The translations under genes and the position numbers were made by a program. A stretch of DNA of 63,925 bases, the filler included, from Reclinomonas americana ATCC 50394 (Eukaryota): NCBI GenBank assembly GCA_048213135.1. It is 6 parts of 4 records of this genome, joined end to end, with 100 filler letters (N's around TTAATTAATTAA, not from the genome) between each part and the next. Parts side by side here need not be neighbours in the genome. Positions count along the whole stretch, not along the records: positions 1 to 26,862 come from PS015018.1; 5 more parts are not named here. One strand, 5' to 3'. The notes under the pieces are model-generated. The model did not search any database, was not told the origin of the DNA, and was given only the letters and a program-made list of their open reading frames with translations. How positions within the stretch are numbered: the stretch's first letter is position 1; the number at the start of each line of letters is the position of its first letter. Positions 12,105 to 23,823 of the stretch are shown here, in pieces.

Positions 12105-14401
12105 ATGCCTTCACGTGGTCCTGATACAGAAGAGTTGCGTCCTGAGAGAGCACGCGCGCACATCGACTGCTCGTCAGTTCGCAGTTGGGTGAGCCTCGAG
12201 GCACTCACTCTCTGCTTCTCCTCCTCGCAGGGATCGCTGGGACGCCGAACGCAACAACTCTGTTCAGCGATTGCCTCCGCTGACTTCGTTGGCATATGGA
12301 GAGGCAGTTGGAGGGCGATTGTCGGCCGCCAGTGGCAACGATGATGCGCCATATGATCCCGTCGGTCGTGCCCCGTCGCCCACTCGTCGCCATTGTTGCG
12401 TTCTTATGTTTGCTCCTCTCTACTTGGTGCATGTGTCCTCTGATGTCGGTCTTTGTGTGTGTGTTGTTTTCTTGTTGCGTGTGAGCAGCGGCGACGCCGG
12501 CTTCCGGCTTGCTGAGATGCTGCGTCTCTCCTCTTCTCTCTGATCGCTGTCGTTTGACGTCCATCTCGTGAGTCTGACTCTCTGTCTACCACTGCAGTGA
12601 TTGGCGCCGGTTCTCCGTCACCCGCACCTCGTCAACGCACTCCGTCACCGGCACCACCGTCGCCGACCACAGCGGCGTCGCATGCGGCTCACGATGCGTC
12701 AAGGCAGCGATCGGCGGCCTATGTCACGTGGTTGGAGCGCTCGTTGCCGCACATGAGGCACGACGGGCGGCGAGCGATGTTTACGAAGCGATTGCAAGAA
12801 GCAGTGCAAGCGCAACAGGAGCTGAGCGTCAGCCAGCCGCTGGTGCTGGAGCAGATGCTGGAGACGTTGACGCGTGATGTGCACAATACGCTGCAGGATG
12901 AGCGTGCCGGCCGACCATTGTCGCCGCTGGTGAGTGTCTTTGTGCATGCGATAGAATCGAGCACGTGAAGCTCATATCTCTTTTGTGACGTACCACAGAT
13001 TGGACAGCCGTCCAGTCCACGAGATGGGAGGAACTCACCGGTTGCCGGTGGCGAGTACCAGCAGGAGGTGGACGATGCCACGCTGGTGGCGGAGCACGCC
13101 GAGGCCATCAAGGCGTCGACGCGGGAACTGACACGATCATGGCGTTTCTACAAGGTGGCCATGGCGCTGCAGCTGTTGGCGCTGACGGCCATTGCCGGCT
13201 GGCCCGATTACGTGTATCGCCTGAAGAACCCGGTGGTTGCATTCACGGCCGTCAATGACTTGTTTTATGGAGTTGCGTCTGCTGTCAACATGGGTGAGTG
13301 TGCGTGCGAGAGTGTGTGCGTTGACGTTACTTACGCCTGCGCAGAGCTTTTACTTGATTTATGTGGGACCGGCGTACATTTTGTCACTGCTGGTCGGCAC
13401 GGCGTGCGTCACGCTGCGCTCGTTCGGCTTCACCATTTTCGCGCTCATTACCACACTGCTGATCACCATCTACCACTTGGGTGTGCCTATTGTGGGCGTG
13501 GCCGTCTTCATGCCACCGTCACCCATGGACACGGCGACCATCATCATGTTCATGTGCGTGTGTGCTGCTGCAAGGAGGCTCTGGATTGTGCGAGAGCCTC
13601 TTGTCTCACTCCTTTTTTTTGCGCAGTGTGTACTTCTTGGCTGGCGTCACGTCGCTGTTGGCGTTCATCGCACTCTGCATCATTGTGCACTACTTCCGTT
13701 TGAGCCGCCAGCCGCTGCGCCGCCCGAAGGTCGAAGCGGACGGTGAGGGCGAGGAGGAGGAGGGAGAGCATGGCGCGTCGACTGGCGAGCACGGTCACAC
13801 CTCTGTCAACGTGGCAGTGGAGGACTCTCATCATCAGCACCAGCAACAGCAGCAGCAGCAACAGCAGCAAGGCGCTGTGGAGCGCGCACGCTCTGCCACA
13901 CCCGAAAGTCCCACGGGTGAGTTTTTGTTTGAGGAGCGCTCCGGCGTGACCGCCGTCTTACCTGGCACAATGCAGGTGCTCGGCCGTCGTCGCCCACTCG
14001 AGCAGTGTCTGTTGCTGGTCGCCCATCGTCCCCGGCGCTGGTCAGTGCCGCGCCAGCGGCATCCGATCGTCGTATCCACGTGGGTCCGCCACCACAGCAG
14101 CCGAGGGCACGTGGTGCTCCGCCGTCGGTGTGTAGGCATAGAAAAGAGTTGGAATTGAGGTGTGAGATTGTGCGTAGGCTAACGTTTTTCTGCTTGGGCC
14201 CTGCAGCGCCGCATGATGGTCGACGAAGAGGAGGAGCTTGAGCCGTCGCGCTCGCGCTCTATATCGCCCGCTGCCCGACAGGAGATGGCGCCGACCAGCG
14301 GCCACGCACCGGCCACCATGGATCGGTGAGTGCGAGATGGGTGGTAGCACTTGCGCGTCGCGAGTCGTTCTGACGACTGAGATCTTGCGCGTGGTCACAG
14401 T
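12105..14401 (+). CDS. Unknown multi-pass membrane protein with Pro/Ser-rich N-terminus and poly-Q cytoplasmic tail (3' end in gap)
   Basis: Consistent spliced frame from MPSRGPDTEE|DRWDAE...; about 4-5 hydrophobic segments at 13150-13690 (e.g. SVYFLAGVTSLLAFIALCIIVHYF). Confidence 0.6.
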
Positions 14402-15297
14402 ANNNNNNNNNNNNNNNNNNNNNNNNNNNNNNNNNNNNNNNNNNNNNNNNNNNNNNNNNNNNNNNNNNNNNNNNNNNNNNNNNNNNNNNNNNNNNNNNNN
14501 NNNNNNNNNNNNNNNNNNNNNNNNNNNNNNNNNNNNNNNNNNNNNNNNNNNNNNNNNNNNNNNNNNNNNNNNNNNNNNNNNNNNNNNNNNNNNNNNNNNN
14601 NNNNNNNNNNNNNNNNNNNNNNNNNNNNNNNNNNNNNNNNNNNNNNNNNNNNNNNNNNNNNNNNNNNNNNNNNNNNNNNNNNNNNNNNNNNNNNNNNNNN
14701 NNNNNNNNNNNNNNNNNNNNNNNNNNNNNNNNNNNNNNNNNNNNNNNNNNNNNNNNNNNNNNNNNNNNNNNNNNNNNNNNNNNNNNNNNNNNNNNNNNNN
14801 NNNNNNNNNNNNNNNNNNNNNNNNNNNNNNNNNNNNNNNNNNNNNNNNNNNNNNNNNNNNNNNNNNNNNNNNNNNNNNNNNNNNNNNNNNNNNNNNNNNN
14901 NNNNNNNNNNNNNNNNNNNNNNNNNNNNNNNNNNNNNNNNNNNNNNNNNNNNNNNNNNNNNNNNNNNNNNNNNNNNNNNNNNNNNNNNNNNNNNNNNNNN
15001 NNNNNNNNNNNNNNNNNNNNNNNNNNNNNNNNNNNNNNNNNNNNNNNNNNNNNNNNNNNNNNNNNNNNNNNNNNNNNNNNNNNNNNNNNNNNNNNNNNNN
15101 NNNNNNNNNNNNNNNNNNNNNNNNNNNNNNNNNNNNNNNNNNNNNNNNNNNNNNNNNNNNNNNNNNNNNNNNNNNNNNNNNNNNNNNNNNNNNNNNNNNN
15201 NNNNNNNNNNNNNNNNNNNNNNNNNNNNNNNNNNNNNNNNNNNNNNNNNNNNNNNNNNNNNNNNNNNNNNNNNNNNNNNNNNNNNNNNNNNNNNNNC

Positions 15298-15571
15298 CAC
15301 ACAATTCTTCATCACCGCCATGGACTCGCTCAAGCTAAACATGCACTGTGTCGACGAGGTATTCCCACTGCTGCAGGACGTGCTGGAGGGCCTCACACGA
15401 GTGGCCACGGTGCGACCGGACTCGGAATCGGTGGAGAAACTGAAGCAGTGGATCGCCACCCTGCAGCAGATGCGCGCGGCGGATGAGCTCAGCGAGGACC
15501 AAGTGCGGCAATTGTCATTTGATCTCGACAGCTCCTACCAGGCGTTCCACAGATCACTATCCAGTCAATAA
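15298..15571 (+). CDS. VPS28: VPS28 (ESCRT-I) C-terminal exon
   Basis: FITAMDSLKLNMHCVDEVFPLLQD...LKQWIATLQQMRAADELSEDQVRQLSFDLDSSYQAFHRSL is the VPS28 C-terminal domain pattern. Confidence 0.92.
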
Positions 15572-15852
15572 AACACGCACACAATTGTTGGAAGAGCATC
15601 AAATCATTGCTGGCACGCGTTAACCAGACAGCGTTTTTCACATATTCGGAGAGAAGGCACACTCTGTGTCTGTCACACACCTCATGGGCGCCGGTTGCTC
15701 TACCTCCGGACCCACGCCTCTCCGGCGGAACAGCAGTGTCGTTGCGTGTGCACACTCAACTCTCACACACTCACTGTAAACGCCTGCTGTTGTTGGTCGT
15801 TGACCTCTCTCTCTTCTCTGTCTCACACACACAGCGTCCATTCGCACGCCGC

Positions 15853-16188
15853 ATGGAAGCGACCATTGCGCGTCTGGAGCACGTCTCTGCTGCTGTGCGC
15901 CTGGTGCGACTGGAGCTGTGCGGGGAGGCGCCCTTTTCGTTTTTCGCTGGTCAGTCACTGCGCGTGTGGCGCGAGCTTCCCGGCGACAACCCGCCGCAGT
16001 CTCCCGCGCAAAAGGCCGGAGGCAAAGCAGGAGGATCTCCACGTGCCAACTTCTCCATTGCGTCGTCTCCGCGGGAGATGGCGGAGCTGAAGGAGGCGAC
16101 TGGGAGGCGATTTTTGGAGGTGCTGGTCGGACGCAGTGGGAACCCCGTGGTGACGTGGTTGCACTCGGAGGAGGCCAAAGTGGGGAAC
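15853..16188 (+). CDS. FAD-binding FR-type oxidoreductase (OXNAD1-like), first exon only
   Basis: ATIARLEHVSAAVRLVRL...FSFFAGQ...NFSIASSP...LEVLVGRSGNPVVTWLH: ferredoxin-reductase FAD-binding motifs. Confidence 0.7.
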
Positions 16189-16272
16189 GTTGAGTACTTG
16201 CCCTGGGGGGTATAGATCGTGGAGGGAAAGGGCAGAAGGAAAACACGAAACCACACACCCGGCGGCTTGGTA

Positions 16273-16713
16273 TTTCTCTCCTTCTCTGCTCACCCCTTCC
16301 ACGTGTGGAGCATGGAGTGCCGTGGGGTGGAGGGGAAACATGTCTGTCTTGTCGTGAAGAGAAAGAGGAGATAGGCAAGACTCGTAAGATCTAGAGACCG
16401 CGAACATCTCGGTCTTTTCTCTCCTTCTGTGCTCTCCCATTCCACGTATGGAGCATTGAGTGCCCTGGGATGAAGGGGAAACGTATCTGTCTTGTTGGCT
16501 TGCCTATCTCCACGACAAGGCAGACACGTTTCCCCTCCACCCCACGGCACTCAAGGCTCCGCACGTGGAAGGGGGTGAGCGAAGAGAAGATGTTAGCTGT
16601 CTCTTTCGAGTCTTGCCTGTCTCCTCTGTCTCTCCACGACCACTTGGGACCATGAGAACATATCGGTCTTCTCTTTCCCTCCCTGTGCTCACCCCCTTCC
16701 CCCGCATGCGCAG
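16273..16713. repeat. Intronic direct plus inverted (fold-back) repeat array
   Basis: Unit GCTCACCCCTTCCACGTGTGGAGCATGGAGTGCCGTGGGGTGGAGGGGAAACATGTCTGTCTTGT at about 16288-16352, diverged direct copy at about 16431-16494, inverted copy at about 16508-16580. Confidence 0.9.
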
Positions 16714-16821
16714 ANNNNNNNNNNNNNNNNNNNNCTCTTCTCTTGTCTTCTCTCCTCTCACACACACATTCCCTTCTCCCTTCCCCTTCCCCTCTTCCCC
16801 TCCCTTCCCCGCCTCCGCAAC

Positions 16822-17049
16822 TCCTCCGCCCTGACCGCATCCCTCACAAACGCCTTCTCCAGCGCCTCAATCGCAATCACCAACGAGTACAGATCCGCCA
16901 AGTACTCATAGTGCTCCGTCTCTTGCACACTCTCCGCGTACCGATACTCACCGTCAAAGATGGGCTGCGCGCAAAACAAACAACGCACTCAGCAATCGCA
17001 AACTGTAAACGCGCACACGTGTCAAGCAACGAGCGCTCACCAGGTTCAT
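16822..17049 (-). CDS. VPS28: VPS28 N-terminal exons
   Basis: MNL|PIFDGEYRYAESVQETEHYEYLADLYSLVIAIEALEKAFVRDAVRAE: VPS28 N-terminal helix pattern (LAxLYSII..LE.LEKAY.RD). Confidence 0.88.
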
Positions 17050-17661
17050 TCTGAATCGTGCGTGTCCCGCAGCCTCGAATTGCTCGAATTCGTGTCTCGC
17101 GCGCGCTTTCCCGTGTCCTCAGCTCCGTCAACTTGTTGCGTATATGGCGGTCGTTACGCTGGGGACCGTGGCAGCGCACAGCTCGCTGTCGTGCGATCGG
17201 AAGAATGCATTGACGTCGACGTCGAGCCGAAACCTCCGCTGTCACTCCGCGGAACGGATACCCTCCGCGCGCACACATGTACAGCAACATCCGAGAAACG
17301 AACTCCATGTACAGAATCCTCACTGAGCACAGCCCAGCGAGTGGCCGCCGCCGGCTCGACGTCGCTCCGATGCAAGCTCGAATTCAAACGTCGGACGCGC
17401 GTACTTTTCGCTGCGATACGATCGGCACCACAGCGATGCATTCCTTTTGCAAGTGGCAAGGGCGGAAAGCAAAATGCAAACTTCAGGAAAAAGCTCGAGT
17501 CCGGAGTCGCAGACACGCGAAATTTCATGTCAAGTCCTCACATTCACTCGCGATCAACACTTTTCTCACACGCGCACGCGCGCACACCTCTCACACACCA
17601 CGCTATCCACATAATCATATTAGCCGCTGGGTGTGTGCATGTGGAGTGAATCAATGAGCAA

Positions 17662-20103
17662 ATGAGTCGACCGCAACAGCAACAACTGCCAGAGGGATGG
17701 GAAGAGCGCGTGCAAGAGGGCACCGGATTGCCATACTATGTCGATCACAACACACAGACTACGCATTGGGACCTTCCCGTAGTACAACAACAACAACAAC
17801 AACCGCCACAGCAACCGCAGTCAACAGCGCGAGCAGTGTGTGCGTCGTCTGCGGCCGCGCGAGACTCGCTCTCGTCGCTCGTTAGCAGCAGCAGTGGAGG
17901 AGGAGGGCAAGCAACAGGAGGAGAAGAGAGGAGACGGCAGTGTTGCTTTTCTGGGGGGCGACGGAGGCAGGAGCAGAGGTGAGTGAGAGCAAATGGATGA
18001 CGTGTCGGGGGTGTAATGTGAACATTGCTCGGAGTGTCTGTCTGTGCTTGTGCGTGTCCCGTCGTCGTGCTGTGTCGCGCTTTTGTTTATGAGTGTGTCT
18101 GTGAGAGGGAGAGTTGGGAAGAAGAGTGGGAGAGAGAGGTGTGTCTGCACCTGTGTATTTCTCGCACTCGCTGTCTCGATGCACGTCTTTCTCTCTCTCT
18201 TTCTCTTTCTCGTTCTTTCTTCCACTCCACGCTCTATCTACGCGCGCATATGTGTGTGTCTGTCTGTTTGTCTGTCAGGTGTTGCTGTGTGTTTTGTTGT
18301 CCGTACTGCCGTTTTGTTTTGTGCGTGTTCCTTTCCGGTTCTCGTCGTTCCGCGAGCTGTGTATGCTGCTGCTGTTCGAGCGCAGTGTTACGTAGCCACT
18401 TGTCATTGCAGCACGTGCACAGAAGCGTTTTTGCACATTTCTCGCTGAGCTTCGCGACGCCACTCGTCGTCCACAATTGTCCAGTTTCATTCGTTCCGCG
18501 TGTCGCTCTCTCTTCTCTAGCCCCCCTCCACCCCCCCCCCCTCCCTCTCTCTCTTCCCCTCTCTCCTCTTTGCGGCTTGTGTGTCAGACGGCAGTGATTC
18601 TGGTCGTTGATTCCCTCTCGTCGTGCATTCCTGTTGCATCTCATATTTGCCGTGTTTCATGCGGGCTGCTGTATCAGTTTGCGGCAGTAGTTTGTCGTGA
18701 CCCACTGTTTCTGTCGTGCGTGCCTACGGCACCACCACCAGCACGCACGCGCACCACCACCACTCCTCCTCTTTCCACGCGCAATGTTCTCCCGCTCGCA
18801 TCTCGGAGGATCTCGCTTATTTCTCACATCTTCCTCTCTGTCTCCCCCTCCAGACCAACCGCCGCCGCGCCCCCGGCCATTGTCTCGGGTGGCATCATTC
18901 ACGGTTCAAACTCTGGTCGGTCACCTGGCGGTCCTGGCTCATTCCTAGCCGCTTCTCCACACCCGGTACCCGCCGTGGCACAACAACACCGGCACGCACA
19001 CGTCCAACAGCGCTCGCAGAGCCGCCAGGCACCACCACAGCAACAATATCACCAGCAGCCACAGCCGCAGCTGCAACAACGACCTCCGCCAGTATCACCA
19101 GCCTCTGTAGTCGAGGTGCAGCAAGTGGTTTCGGCGCCGGTGCTGCAGTTGCCACCCGGTTGGACACAAGCGTACGATCCGCACGGCAGGTTTGTCACAT
19201 TCCCCCCCCCCCCCTTCCTCCCTCTCCCTCCCTCCCTCCCTCTCATCGCTTACCTGCATCACTACGCAGAGTATACTACGTCGACCACAACACGCACACA
19301 ACGCAGTGGGAGCCACCCGCGCCCGAGGCCTATGCCGCCGTTTATGCACAGAATGCGGCGGCAGTCGCTGCTCCGTACCACCAGCAACATTTGGCGGCGC
19401 ACCAATTGCCGTACTATCATCCGGTGCCGTTGCAGCCGCAGCAGTACCAGCAACAACAACAACAACAACAACGTGTGCCACAAGCGGTGCCTGCACAGCC
19501 CTATGCGGGGATTGCAGGAGTACAGCCGGCGGTGCCTGGACAGCCATACGTGGGCATTGCTGGAGCTCCGTTTGTGCAACACTACCGCTATCACGGTGCA
19601 CCTCAGCAAGTGGACTATTCCGATGTAATGAGGAGATTCTTTTTGCACCAGATGCAAATGATGCATCAAGCGGATCCGGTGAGTGGCACAGAGCAGAAAG
19701 GTATTTTCCACATGTCGATGTGTTTCTCACCCTTCCTCGTGCAGCGCGTTGCGGCTGCCAACGCACGCTCTTTGGCCGACAATTACACGGCCACTTTTGA
19801 GCTGGAAGATGTGGAGCACCTGGACGTCGATCGTCGAGAGTTGCGTGACGAATCCGCACCAACATGTCTGTGTGCGGTCGCCACCCATTTGCTTACTTTC
19901 CCGTAACACACAGGTGCCCCATTTGCCTGGAGCCATACCTGTCAAAAGACCAAGTGCGCATGCTCCCGTGCATCCACATGTTCCACACCGCTTGCATCGA
20001 CGAGTGGTTCTTGCGCAAGCCCGAATGCCCCGTATGTAAGCAGGACGTTCGGCATCTTGGCGCACAACAGCAGCAGCAGCTGCCCGAAGGTGCTGCGCCG
20101 TAA
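17662..20103 (+). CDS. WW-WW-RING-H2 E3 ubiquitin ligase
   Basis: WW1 LPEGWEERVQEGTGLPYYVDHNTQTTHWDLP; WW2 LPPGWTQAYDPHGR|VYYVDHNTHTTQWEPP; RING-H2 CPICLEPY...LPCIHMFHTACIDEWFLRKPECPVCK. Confidence 0.9.
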
Positions 20104-20475
20104 TTTGAGTATGCATACTTGTGCCCCAACTTTCTCTCGTGGGCGTGCTTCTCTAGTTTCTTCTTCCTATTGTGTTTCGTGGTGAGGTGTGAGCTGATGG
20201 GTAGAGCGCACAGTTGGGGTCGCGTGTGAAAGTCCCGAGTGCTGCCACCCGTCTCTCTCACCCTCTACCTCTCTTTCTCTGTCTGTGTTTGAGCGAGTGT
20301 CTATGTCTATCTATCTATCAACTTGTTTAAGGATGGCGCGCGTCTTGCCGCGCGCGGTGTAGTCGAAAAAAACAACGGAAACAATGGTTTGGTTTGGTGT
20401 TTGCGTGGTCGTTTTCTTTCAGTGAAATGAATGGTGACTGCGTGCTTTGTGACTGGCTGTGTCTGCATTCATTAA

Positions 20476-22149
20476 CTACCACGCACCATTTGGGGCGCGA
20501 GAGGCCCACTGTTCTCCCTGGTCTGACTGCAAGCGGAACATTTCCGCCTTGCGTCGCAGGTCGGCATCATCCCACAGCATGCTGCGCATGACGATGCTCA
20601 CCAGGGAGTCGGGATCGACATCGGCCTCTTGCAGCACCTCAGAGCACGTTGCAATGGCCTCCAACTCGTCAAAGAGAAGCGTCGCTGCAGTGGCGAAGTG
20701 GGTGAGATGGAAGCAGGAGATATGTGATCGCGCACACATGGTGGTGACTCACCGACATCGTCGACGCGATACATGCACACGCCGCCGCGACTGTCGGCGG
20801 TCACTGCCAATGTGCCGTCGTCCGTCGAAGCCACTGCCACCACCTCACAGTCGCCACGAGATACGAATCCCTGGAAGGTGGCAGTCCGCGAATCCCACAA
20901 CCGGCAGCTCCCGTCGTGCGAAGCGCTCAGCACCGAGCTGTGTGCGAGTGACGGGACAAGGTTAGCACAGGAGCAAGGCAGCAATGGCAAAGCGCTCGCG
21001 ACGCACCGCCCTCCACTGCCGACCACAGCCAACTGCTTCACTCCCTTCGAGTGCTGGAAATCGTCTTCGCCACGACGCGGCGGCACCGTCGCGAGCGCCT
21101 CCGAGTCCAGCACCGACACGAGATTTGGTTTGAAGGAGCACACGGCCAGATGTTTGGCCGTGGCGCCGCACCAGCGCACACTCTGAATTTCGCCGCCGAG
21201 CAGCGTCTGTGCCGTCTCCGTGTCATTCTGCACGTTCCACAAGCGCACTGTGCCGTCGTCGCTTCCGGAGGCCAGCAGATCGTTGTTGGCCGGGTGGAAC
21301 GCCAGCGTGAAGATCACGTCGGTGTGACCCTTGAGCACGCTGACCACGGCACCGAGGCAGTAGTTGTGCTCGGGGTCGTCGCGAATGTGCACAATGCGAA
21401 TGAAGTTGTCGAGGCCGCCCACCGCCAGGCACGTGGAGGATGCAGACTGTGTAAACACGAGAATTGAGAGAGGGAAAGCGTGGTAAATGCTTGGTGCAGC
21501 GCAGACGCACCACTGTGAACACCGAGGACTCAAACACCATGGTCGCCGGCTGCATGATCTTGCCGGTGTTTGCGTTGACCACTGCCACCGTGCCATCGAA
21601 CGAGCCTACACGAGAACACAGTCATGGGAGAGAACCATACGCAAACCAGCGCACTTTCAACAAGAACTCACCAACATAGATCACCTCGGTGCGCTCCGGA
21701 TGCGCCGCAAAGCTCGACACGCTTCTCCGCGCCACATTCATCACCTGTCGCACCTCATAGTGCGGCTCCTGGTAGCCCGCCTGCGCCGGCTGATCGACCG
21801 GCGTCGGCACATATCGCGTCTCCAACAGCCGCACACTCCCATCCAAACACCCCGCCACCAGCACCACCAGTGGACGCGCAGCCGACACTGCTCCCTCTCC
21901 ACCTGCGCCGCCGCTGCCACTACCACTACCACTCTCCGCGGCACGCATCGGAGAAACACCCGCACTCGTGCACATGTGCAAATGCAGGGCGGTGACGGGC
22001 GATGCCGGCGGGAAGAGCGAGGTCGTTGGACCGCGTGTCAGTGGTGTCACAGTGACGCCATGTCGGTGAATGGAATGGATGCTAATGGCAGGTCGCGGGT
22101 ACGATATCGAGTCGGCGCTGTTGGCCGATGATGTGGACTGGCCCTGCAT
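20476..22149 (-). CDS. WD40-repeat protein
   Basis: LKGHTDVIFTLAFHPANNDLLASGSDDGTVRLWNV, VLSASHDGSCRLWD, LVAGCLDGSVRLLE, LAVGGLDNFIRIVH. Confidence 0.85.
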
Positions 22150-22362
22150 GACGGAAATAGAGTGTGTGACACATGCATGAGGAAAATCAGCAGTCCACTC
22201 TCTCTCTCTCACTCCACTCACACACACTCTCTCACACACACGAGTGGGCATGTGTCCACACAAACCATGCTTGGCTGCGTCTGTGGAGTGAAGTTGAGCG
22301 CGAGTGATTTGTCCTTATCGCGTAACGGTCACTCAATCTTTTCGAGTCTGTGAGAAGAGAAA

Positions 22363-23552
22363 ATGGCTGCTGCTCAATTGGCGTCGGCGATTGCGGAGTG
22401 GGAGGCACACAGCGCGGCTGTGCGGTCGACGTTTGACACGTGGATTGCGGAGGAGAAGAAGGTGAGGTGGAGGGAAGAATGAGAGAGAAAGTGAGTTGTG
22501 TTTGATAGAGAGAGAGAGAGAGAAGAGAGGATGTGCGTGAGCGAACGAGAGCCACGAGTTCGTGTCATCCATCATCTCCTTGTTGCTCTCTCTCCTCGCG
22601 CTTGCCGCTGACCCTTCCATTGTCGTTTGCCATTACAGAACATCTCCTGTGCGCAAAAGGTACGCCAACTCAACAGCTTGTCATCCTCTCTCTCTCGCTT
22701 GAGCTCATCGTGCGTGTGTGACAACAGGTCCACTACGACAAGCTGAAGGACACGAGCGAGGTCATGAAGGTTGGCCACCCTTGCTCATCTTCTCACTCAC
22801 TCGCCAATCGCTTCTCATCACCATTCCCCCGCAGCAACTGGCATCTCTGGAACGCGAGCTAACCGTCCGGTGCCAGCGACTGGACGCAGGTTCGTCATTG
22901 ACTGCGACCCTTGCGCCTGTATCCGCTCACACATCACCTGTCACACTCCAGACATTGGCAAGCGGACCAAGTCCGACGAGAAGGAGCGCAACGAGCTCGC
23001 ACAGTTGCAGGCACAAGCTCGCAAGGAAGAGGCGGAGGCTTTGGCCCTGTTCGAGAAGGTGGCGGAGGAGAAGCGCAAGCTGGAGGCCAAGCGCCAGAGT
23101 TGCGCTCAGTGTTTTCACCTCCCCACACTCACTGTCTACTCTGCTGCTCACACCACTCGACCGCAGAGGTCTCGCGAGAAATGGAGAAGCGCGAGGAGGA
23201 GAAGCAGCAACAGACACTGGACATGGAGTACTTTGAGTCGCGATTCGGTCTGCGGATGATCCGACTGGCCGACCACCGCCTCCAGGTCGTCTTTACGCTC
23301 ATCGATCGGAATGCACCAGACCGACGGTTCATGTTTATGTTGTTCCTCAATGCGGAACGCAAATATGTCGGTGAGTCCGCGCTTACCTGTGGTGTTCTTC
23401 TACGTCTCGTTCTCACCATGGCGGCAGTCGACGAGTGCCACCCGGCCGTACCCGAAGTCCCTGAGTTGCTGCGCCAGGTGAACGAGACCAACGACATTGG
23501 TCTGTTCATCCACAGGATGCGCAGGGCATTCAAGCGATTCGTCAATCAGTGA
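22363..23552 (+). CDS. SPC25: Kinetochore protein Spc25 (Ndc80 complex)
   Basis: Coiled-coil N-terminus followed by YFESRFGLRMIRLADHRLQVVFTLIDRNAPDRRFMFML...Y..DECHP...LLRQVNETNDIGLFIHRMRRAF. Confidence 0.88.
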
Positions 23553-23823
23553 GGGAGAAAGGGAGGGAGGAGGGAGGCAATGGATCGCGCTGCTGTTGAT
23601 GTGGGCAAGCGCTGATGTACGGAGTACAGAGGAAGCGAGTGAGTGGGAGAACAATCGGATGGAGAATGAGTCTGTAGAGAACAAAATGCGTGTGTTTGCA
23701 GAGCATCTCCATCCCATCTCAGTTCACTGACAAGAGGGAGCCAAGGGGAGGTTCCATAGAAAAACACAGAAACGGAATCGCAGGGGCGACATTGTCGAGG
23801 CCATTTGATTCAAGCCGCATTGT

